Source: an uncultured Acidobacteriota bacterium
Lineage (GTDB): Bacteria > Acidobacteriota > Blastocatellia > RBC074
Assembly (NCBI GenBank): GCA_902825875.1
Contig: CADECP010000019.1
Coordinates: forward strand, 78,359-142,358
Length of the DNA stretch: 64,000 nt
Reading direction: 5' to 3'
Shown one piece after another: positions 56,359 to 64,000 of this stretch. Positions within the stretch are counted from its first letter, which is position 1. The number at the start of each line of letters is the position of its first letter. A program made the translations under genes and the position numbers. The notes beneath the pieces are model-generated. The model did no database searches. It had not been told where the DNA came from and was given only the letters and a program-made list of their open reading frames with translations.

Positions 56359-58218
56359 ATGTCAACCAACAACGCTAACCAACTCGCTCTCGATCCGAAC
56401 GAAACGCCGGAACTCGAGGGCGCTCAACCGGCTTCTGCTGCCGAAGCCGCTGCCGACGCTCAAGAAACCGTTCAAGCTCCCGCCAACAATACAGACTCAG
56501 ATGCTGACTCTGCCGAAGGCGAAGAGATGGACATGGATTTCGGCAAGATTCTCGAAGAACACGAACAAAAACACCGTTCCGAAATCAACGAAAACGAACT
56601 GGTCAAAGGCCGCGTCGTCAAAATCACCGATCAGGTCGTCGTGATTGACGTCGGTTACAAATCCGAAGGCATCGTTCCCATTGCGGAATTCAAAGACGGC
56701 GATCAGATCATCATTCAGCCCGGAGACGAGATTGACGTTTTCGTCAAACAACTCGAAAACAACGAAGGGTATGTCGAACTTTCTCGCGCCGATGCGATTC
56801 GTTTGCAGACGTGGGATCAGATCGAAAAAGCCGCCCGCGAAGGAAACACGGTCACAGGTCGCGTCACCGACCGCATCAAAGGCGGTTTGCGCGTGGACAT
56901 CGGCGGCATTCAGGCATTTTTGCCCGGCAGCCAGGTGGATGTTCGGCCTGTTCGCAATCTCGACAGTTTCCGCAACAAAGACATCGAAGTTCGTGTCATC
57001 AAGGTCAACAAGAAGCGCGGCAACATCGTTCTTTCACGCAAAGTCGTTCTGGAAGAAACGATCAACGTCCAGAAACAGCAAACCTTCAAAGACCTGGAAG
57101 AGGGAATTGTCCGCGAAGGTCAGGTCAAAAACATCACCGAATACGGTGCGTTTATTGATCTGGGCGGCATTGACGGTTTGTTGCACATCACGGACATGTC
57201 CTGGGGACGCATTCAGAACCCAAGCGAGTTGTTCAAGGTTGGCGAAACGATTCAGGTCAAGATTCTCAAGTTCGACCGCGACAAAGAGCGCGTCAGTTTG
57301 GGATACAAACAATTGATTCCCGATCCGTGGGCGACTGCGGTGGAGCGGTATCCGATTGGAACGCGCGTCAAAGGCAAAGTGGCTTCGGTCACTGATTACG
57401 GCGCGTTCATCGAACTCGAAGCGGGCGTCGAAGGTTTGGTTCATGTGACCGAAATGAGCTGGTCGAAGCGCGTCAAGCATCCTTCCAAACTGGTTGCCGC
57501 CACTCAGGAAGTCGAAGCCGTCGTGCTGGAAGTTGACCAGAACAATCGGCGCATCAGCTTGGGCATCAAGCAAATCGAAGCCAATCCTTGGGATTCGATT
57601 GCTGATCGTTACGGCATTGGCACTCGTGTCAAAGGTCGCGTTCGCAACCTGACGGACTTCGGCGCATTTGTCGAAATCGAAGACGGCATTGACGGCCTGG
57701 TTCACGTTTCTGATATTTCGTGGACGAAGCGCATCAAACATCCCAGCGAAGCTCTGAAGAAAAACCAGGAAGTTGACGCCGTCATTACGGCGATTGACAT
57801 TGAAGGTCGCCGCTTGTCGCTTTCGATCAAAGACCTGGAACCGAACGCCTGGGATCGGTTTTTCGACACGCATCGTTTGGGTGATGTTGTTTCCGGTAAG
57901 GTCACGCGATTTGCCAACTTCGGCGCATTTGTCGAACTCGAAGACGGCATCGAAGGCCTGTGCCACGTTTCCGAACTTTCGGAACAGCACGTTGATAAAC
58001 CGGAAGACGCGATCAAGGTCGGTCAGAAAACGCAATTCAAGATTCTCAAGATGGATCGTGAAGCGCGGAAGATTGGCTTGTCGGCGCGTGCCGTCGGCAA
58101 AGACGAACCGATTCTCGACGTGCGAACCTACTCTTCTGGCGACACCGGCATGGCCGGTTTGTTTGAAGTCGCGGACTTCAACATCGGCGGTGGCGGTGAC
58201 GAAGCCGCCAAGAGTTAA
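56359..58218 (+). CDS. rpsA: 30S ribosomal protein S1
   Basis: ATG 56359 follows an AGGAGG RBS. Six S1/OB repeats (for example 'GQVKNITEYGAFIDLGGIDGLLHITDMSW' and 'GKVASVTDYGAFIELEAGVEGLVHVTEMSW'). It has an acidic N-terminal extension. Confidence 0.9.
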   Translation: MSTNNANQLALDPNETPELEGAQPASAAEAAADAQETVQAPANNTDSDADSAEGEEMDMDFGKILEEHEQKHRSEINENELVKGRVVKITDQVVVIDVGYKSEGIVPIAEFKDGDQIIIQPGDEIDVFVKQLENNEGYVELSRADAIRLQTWDQIEKAAREGNTVTGRVTDRIKGGLRVDIGGIQAFLPGSQVDVRPVRNLDSFRNKDIEVRVIKVNKKRGNIVLSRKVVLEETINVQKQQTFKDLEEGIVREGQVKNITEYGAFIDLGGIDGLLHITDMSWGRIQNPSELFKVGETIQVKILKFDRDKERVSLGYKQLIPDPWATAVERYPIGTRVKGKVASVTDYGAFIELEAGVEGLVHVTEMSWSKRVKHPSKLVAATQEVEAVVLEVDQNNRRISLGIKQIEANPWDSIADRYGIGTRVKGRVRNLTDFGAFVEIEDGIDGLVHVSDISWTKRIKHPSEALKKNQEVDAVITAIDIEGRRLSLSIKDLEPNAWDRFFDTHRLGDVVSGKVTRFANFGAFVELEDGIEGLCHVSELSEQHVDKPEDAIKVGQKTQFKILKMDREARKIGLSARAVGKDEPILDVRTYSSGDTGMAGLFEVADFNIGGGGDEAAKS

Positions 58219-58368
58219 GCCGAACGTTTGAAGCTTGTTGTTTCGTTGTCAGTGGTCAGTGCCCATTGGTTCGTTGTCGTGAATCTGGTGATTTAACCGG
58301 ATGAACGGCATTAGAGCCTTTGGTTGCTGACCACTATTTCCTTTTCGCTCAGCCTCTTTAACAGTTGT

Positions 58369-59319
58369 ATGAAAAGAAGCACGTTGACCTGGATCATTGT
58401 CTGCGGAGTTATTTTGCTCTGCGTGTTTTTTGTCGGCCTGTTTGCGCTGATGGCTGTCGTGTCTGAAGACGACGGAGTCATGTCAGGCGGCGGAGATCGC
58501 ATTGCAATCGTTCCGGTCGAAGGCGTGATTGACGATGCAATGGCCAAAACCGTCAATCGTCATTTGAAACAATACGGCGATGATTCGCGCGTCAAAGCGA
58601 TCATTTTGCGCGTGGATAGTCCGGGAGGCGGGGTATCGGCTTCGCAGGAAATTCACCGCGAAATCATCCGTTTGAAAGAAGAAAAGAAAAAGAAGATCGT
58701 TATTTCGATGGGCAGTGTTGCGGCTTCGGGCGGATATTACATTGCCGCTCCGGCTGACAAAATTTTTGCCAATCCTGGCACGGTTACAGGCAGCATTGGC
58801 GTCATTGCCGAATGGATTAATTACAAAGACCTGGCTGAATGGGCAAAGGTCAAGCCGGTGGTTTTCAAAAGCGGCGAATTCAAAGACACGGGGTCGCCAA
58901 CTCGTGAACTGACTGACAGAGAGCGCGAATACTTTCAGGCGATGATTGACGAAATGTATGGTCAGTTCACCGGCGCAGTGTTGGATGGCCGCAAAGGAAA
59001 AGGTTCTCCCGGCAACGAGCTTGACGAGAAACGGGTTAAGGAATTGGCGGACGGGCGGGTTTTCACCGGCCAGTCGTCGGTGGCAAACGGTCTGGTAGAC
59101 GAAATCGGCAATTACGAAGATGCGCTGAGAGCGACAGCCGCTTTGATCGGTATGAAAGGCGAACCGAAAACCGTGACACCGCCAAAGCCGAAAGAAGGAT
59201 TTTCGATTCTTGATCTGTTGCTGGGGGTGACAAACGTCACCGGAGTTTCCCCGGTTCAGTTGCCGAAACATTTGTCTGATTTTGACACCTCAGTGAAGTT
59301 CAAATACCAATGGAAGTAG
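58369..59319 (+). CDS. sppA: Signal peptide peptidase SppA, 36K type
   Basis: N-terminal TM 'TWIIVCGVILLCVFFVGLFALMAV'. 'ILRVDSPGGGVSAS' and 'MGSVAASGGYYIAAPADKIFANPGTVTGSIGV' match the ClpP/crotonase-fold S49 peptidase. Confidence 0.85.
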   Translation: MKRSTLTWIIVCGVILLCVFFVGLFALMAVVSEDDGVMSGGGDRIAIVPVEGVIDDAMAKTVNRHLKQYGDDSRVKAIILRVDSPGGGVSASQEIHREIIRLKEEKKKKIVISMGSVAASGGYYIAAPADKIFANPGTVTGSIGVIAEWINYKDLAEWAKVKPVVFKSGEFKDTGSPTRELTDREREYFQAMIDEMYGQFTGAVLDGRKGKGSPGNELDEKRVKELADGRVFTGQSSVANGLVDEIGNYEDALRATAALIGMKGEPKTVTPPKPKEGFSILDLLLGVTNVTGVSPVQLPKHLSDFDTSVKFKYQWK

Positions 59320-59417
59320 AACTTGTAAGTTAGAGCGGTAAGTAAACAATGACGAAACACGGATTGTGTAGTTGTTGATCTGATGTTTGATCCTACTCAC
59401 CGTCAAACGGAGGAGCG

Positions 59418-59789
59418 ATGACCAAAGCAGAGTTGGTGGAAGAGGTTGCGAAAGCAGCCGACCTGACCAAGAAAGATTCGGAAGTAATCGTTGACGAAGT
59501 CTTCAAGAACATCATCCAGGCGCTGAACAGCGGGGATAAGATCGAATTGCGTGGCTTCGGCAGTTTCCGAGTTCGCAAACGCGACGCGCGACGCGGACGT
59601 AATCCGAAAACCGGCGAGCCGGTGGATATTCCGGCCAAGACCGTCCCATATTTCAAACCCGGTAAAGAATTGAAAGAGTTGATCAACGGCAAATCGCTCG
59701 GCGATGACCCGGATGATGACATTGATGACGATGATGATCTTGATGATGCGCCAGACAGTGATGCCAATGGCGCAATCGTCCTCAGTTAA
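59418..59789 (+). CDS. HU/IHF family DNA-binding protein with acidic C-terminal tail
   Basis: 'MTKAELVEEVAKAADLTKKDSEVIVDEVF...IELRGFGSFRVRKRDARRGRNPKTGEPVDIPAKTVPYFKPGKEL' is the HU/IHF fold. It is followed by 'GDDPDDDIDDDDDLDDAPDSD'. Confidence 0.85.
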   Translation: MTKAELVEEVAKAADLTKKDSEVIVDEVFKNIIQALNSGDKIELRGFGSFRVRKRDARRGRNPKTGEPVDIPAKTVPYFKPGKELKELINGKSLGDDPDDDIDDDDDLDDAPDSDANGAIVLS

Positions 59790-59952
59790 TCGTCCGAAGC
59801 TTGTTCCGCGATGCGCCGACACTCTTTTTCCGCAAACCAGGAATCGCCGTTTATCGAATGGCGAACGTCTGACGGTTGAGAGCGTAATCTGAAAATTTCG
59901 ACGCGCCTCTTAAATCCGCCAGCACTTTTCCTTTCCATCTTCGGAGGCGCGT

Positions 59953-61032
59953 ATGAACCGGCAATCCACATCAATCTTCCTTCGTCTGCAATCCCTTCTT
60001 GTTTTCATCACGCTGCTCGGCGTGAGCGCCTTTGCCCAGCAAACCAATCCCGGATCCACAAATAATCCGGGACGTAGCGCAGGAGCCATTTCTCATTCGA
60101 TTCGCGGAAAAATCTATCTGCCGTCAGGCAATTTGCCTGAACAGCGCATGCGCGTGGTGCTGGAAATCAGCAGCGGCGGCATTGCCAGCGAAGCCTTTTC
60201 CGATACCGTAGGGAATTTCGAGTTCAGAGGCTTGAGCAGTGGAACGTACCGAGTCGTGATCCCGTCCGATTCGCGCAATTTTGAAATCGCGCAGGAAACG
60301 GTGGAACTATACGGCAGCTTTTCGCGCACAGTCACGGTTCAGGTTTATTTGAAGGAAAAAAACAACGATCCACACGGAAAGCCGAGCGGAAAAGTGCTTT
60401 CTGCCGCTGACATTCAAGAAGTCCCAAAGGAAGCAAAGAAGGCTTACGAACAAGGCGTCAAACTCGCTAAAAACCAGAAACCCGAAGACGCCAGCAAAAA
60501 ACTTTTGCAAGCGTTGGAGATTTTTCCCGATTATCTGCACGCGCTGAACAAGCTTGGCGAACAGATGGCCATGTTGAACAAACAGGTCGAAGCACAGGCT
60601 TATTTTGAACGCGCCATCGCCATTAATTCCAAATTCGCCCTGCCTCACATCAATCTTGGAATGTTGATGCTAAATCAAAAAAAGTTTGATGAAGCTGTTG
60701 CCGAACTGGAAACCGGTAACGGTAACGACGACAGTTATCCGATGGGGCATTTGAATCTGGGATTGGCGTTGATGATGAAACCGCAGCCGGAATTCGACCG
60801 CGCCGAGCGGGAATTATTGCGAACTTTGGAAATGGGAAAACGGGATTTCGTTCACGTCCGAAAATATCTGTTCAATCTGAACGTGCGGCGTCAGACGATG
60901 GACAAAGCTGCTGAACAGCTTGAAGCCTATTTGCGCGAAGTCCCCGAGGCGCCCGACGCAACGGATGTTCGCCTGATGCTGGATAAGGTGAGGAAGGCCA
61001 TCGCCAAACAAAAAGCCGAAGCCAAAAGATAA
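59953..61032 (+). CDS. Exported carboxypeptidase-regulatory-like domain plus TPR-repeat protein
   Basis: Signal peptide 'LQSLLVFITLLGVSAFAQ'. 'IRGKIYLPSGNL...VGNFEFRGLSSGTYRVVI' looks like a CarboxypepD_reg-like beta-sandwich. TPR-like helices include 'YEQGVKLAKNQKPEDASKKLLQALEIFPDY'. Confidence 0.65.
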   Translation: MNRQSTSIFLRLQSLLVFITLLGVSAFAQQTNPGSTNNPGRSAGAISHSIRGKIYLPSGNLPEQRMRVVLEISSGGIASEAFSDTVGNFEFRGLSSGTYRVVIPSDSRNFEIAQETVELYGSFSRTVTVQVYLKEKNNDPHGKPSGKVLSAADIQEVPKEAKKAYEQGVKLAKNQKPEDASKKLLQALEIFPDYLHALNKLGEQMAMLNKQVEAQAYFERAIAINSKFALPHINLGMLMLNQKKFDEAVAELETGNGNDDSYPMGHLNLGLALMMKPQPEFDRAERELLRTLEMGKRDFVHVRKYLFNLNVRRQTMDKAAEQLEAYLREVPEAPDATDVRLMLDKVRKAIAKQKAEAKR

Positions 61033-61042
61033 GCTGAAATTC

Positions 61043-61070
61043 GTTGGGCAGATTTTCCAATCTGCCCAAC
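61043..61070. repeat. Perfect 12-bp hairpin between convergent genes
   Basis: 'gttgggcagatt' - 'ttcc' - 'aatctgcccaac'. The word 'ggcagattttccaa' recurs in reverse complement ~40 nt downstream (about 61097-61110). Confidence 0.7.
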
Positions 61071-61112
61071 AAAACCCAAATCAAAACGGAACGGCAGGTT
61101 GGAAAATCTGCC

Positions 61113-62216
61113 TTACTCAGGGATTTTCACCGAAGCGATAACTTTGTCAGCCAGACCGGGAACGGTTGCCGGAGCGTCTTTTGAGAAAAAGATTGCCGTC
61201 AGCAAAATGCCTTTATTCGCACGGATAATCAGCGCCTTGCCCATAAAATCCAGCGGTGAAGTTTGACCCGGCAAAACAAATGTTGCTCGCAAATCCAGAT
61301 AGGTTCTGATCTGAGCTTTCGTTTCCTCAACCCTGCGCGAAGTCGCCTCCATCGTTTTTGTTTCTTTCCCCGATTTCATGCTGGTCAAAATCACATCAAT
61401 AATCAGGTCGTTGTTGTTGGCTGGGTTGTTGGCTTTTTCCAGTTCGTTCCAGATGACGTGCAAAAACGCATTGTCGTCTGCCGACTGGAAATAAGCTCCG
61501 GCGTTGACTCGTTGCGCCTGGGCATCGTCAGGAGTCAACGGATTGCCCGTCCAATGAGCCGGATAATCAAAGGTGAATCCAATTTGCGAATTGCGGAATT
61601 GAGCGAAATTGGCTGCCGTGCCGCCGGTCGCCGGTGACGGGGCAGAAGTCACCGAAGAAGATTCCGGCGGGGCTGATTCATTGGGCGCAGGTTTGACAAG
61701 TTCAGGCGCAGGCGAATTGTTGGCGACAACTGCTGGCGGTTCTTTTTTCGGCTTTGTCGTGTTTTTGGCTGGCTCCGGTTTGATAGCTTCCGGTTTGTCG
61801 GGAAGAGCCAAAGTTTTGTTCGCAGGCTTTTCCGGCGATCCCAGGTTTTTCGGCGCTTCAAATGGAGCGATAAAAAATTCCGGCACAATGCCTTTTTGTT
61901 TGAGGCTTTCGCCATATTGGCGAGCTTCGTTGGCGTTGGAAAACGAACCGGCTCTGACTCGATAAAAAGTCCCTTTGCCAGGCAGGAAACTTTTCAGCAC
62001 ATACGCATCAACGCCTTTGGCTTTAAGCTGACTGACAGTTTCTTCCGCTTCGATTTGCGTTGGCGCGGCGACAATCTGAATTGTGTATTTGCCCGATTGC
62101 GAAACGGCAAAGATGGTTAGCGACAGCAAAATGGAGAGAGCAAAGCTTGCCCGGAGAAATAATTTCATAACCCTGTTTGTCCTTTGTGGGGATGTAGCTT
62201 GCGGGGCCGACGACAT
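61113..62216 (-). CDS. SPOR domain-containing protein
   Basis: 'YTIQIVAAPTQIEAEETVSQLKAKGVDAYVLKSFLPGKGTFYRVRAGSFSNANEARQYGESLKQKG' is a SPOR domain, followed by a P/K/A-rich linker and a C-terminal globular domain. An alternative start 'MKLFLRASF' is at 62168. Confidence 0.75.
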   Translation of the reverse strand: MSSAPQATSPQRTNRVMKLFLRASFALSILLSLTIFAVSQSGKYTIQIVAAPTQIEAEETVSQLKAKGVDAYVLKSFLPGKGTFYRVRAGSFSNANEARQYGESLKQKGIVPEFFIAPFEAPKNLGSPEKPANKTLALPDKPEAIKPEPAKNTTKPKKEPPAVVANNSPAPELVKPAPNESAPPESSSVTSAPSPATGGTAANFAQFRNSQIGFTFDYPAHWTGNPLTPDDAQAQRVNAGAYFQSADDNAFLHVIWNELEKANNPANNNDLIIDVILTSMKSGKETKTMEATSRRVEETKAQIRTYLDLRATFVLPGQTSPLDFMGKALIIRANKGILLTAIFFSKDAPATVPGLADKVIASVKIPE

Positions 62217-62344
62217 TATGCACGAATCCGGGCGGGAGAAAAAAGCCGAATTTTAGTTGAAAGAGTCTGGCGTAGTCCGGGAAGGTTTTGAAAAGTCCGG
62301 GAAAGTTTTTGACTTTAGACCTTCCCGGACTTTTCCAGACTTTC

Positions 62345-63679
<1,335 letters not shown>

Positions 63680-63864
63680 AACTTTATCTCTCCTGAATGG
63701 ATAGGGTGGTGATTACGAGCAGTTGCGGAAATTTGTCAGTCGCTTTTTGCCACAGTCGGATTGGTAAGACAAGCTGATCGAAGTACAAATCAGCCACACA
63801 ACGTGAATCAGGCAGGAAGAAAAATGCCAACACTCAACCAACTCAACAAGAAGGAGAAAAATAA

Positions 63865-64000
63865 ATGTCGAAAAAGAAAAATCAGGTTAGTCGTCGAGAA
63901 GCATTGCGTTTGATGGGAGCCGCCGGAGCCACAGCCGTTGTCGTAGGCAGCGGTCATTCGGCTTTGAGCATTTGGCCGGTGAACCAAACTTCGGCAGCCG
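63865..64000 (+). CDS. Tat-signal protein, N-terminal fragment (continues beyond the window)
   Basis: The ATG lies 8 nt after an AAGGAG RBS. 'MSKKKNQVSRREALRLMGAAGATAVVVGSG' looks like a twin-arginine leader. The frame is open to the window end. Confidence 0.45.
   Translation, partial: MSKKKNQVSRREALRLMGAAGATAVVVGSGHSALSIWPVNQTSAA

Noticed and set aside
55340-58218. ispH-rpsA adjacency as a possible fusion or novel operon.
   Set aside because: The two ORFs are in different frames and are separated by a 158-nt spacer with a strong RBS before rpsA. The adjacency is a common conserved arrangement and is not unusual.

Overview
This 64-kb chromosomal window comes from a moderately GC-rich environmental Gram-negative bacterium. 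Tat-signal Gfo/Idh/MocA oxidoreductases, a SPOR protein, the futalosine gene mqnA, the F420 genes cofCD and many word-stutter intergenic palindromes look Acidobacteriota-like, but I cannot verify taxonomy. Most of the window is housekeeping or metabolic: uxaC, folC, a PLP decarboxylase, murQ plus a sugar kinase, atpI-atpB-atpE, sugar oxidoreductases, a UvrD/PcrA helicase, mqnA, cofD/cofC, folE, phoD, rluB, ispH, rpsA, sppA, HU/IHF and one tRNA-Arg. The outstanding feature is an ~18-kb, 18-gene plus-strand operon (33.8-51.9 kb) encoding a complete, capsid-less phage-tail-like contractile injection system (CIS). It carries the eCIS hallmarks: two DUF4255 cap-like genes, a dedicated AAA+ ATPase, a one-piece sheath and two gp19-like tubes. 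It also has a LysM tube initiator, a gpD/VgrG spike, PAAR and a minimal P2-like baseplate (gp25/W, J, I). Its accessory genes are unusual. A secreted M48 peptidase opens the operon. An AT-rich glycine-zipper ORF sits between the ATPase and the second cap gene. A 552-aa disordered protein occupies the tape-measure slot. A membrane-spanning protein with a degenerate FHA-like domain occupies the tail-fibre slot. A secreted TPR-CHAT protease and an orphan membrane protein lie immediately upstream. Other notable items are a HigBA-like toxin-antitoxin pair, an orphan barstar gene inside a metabolic operon, and a family of intergenic palindromes whose arms are stuttered short words. I found no CRISPR array, rRNA, integrase or transposase.
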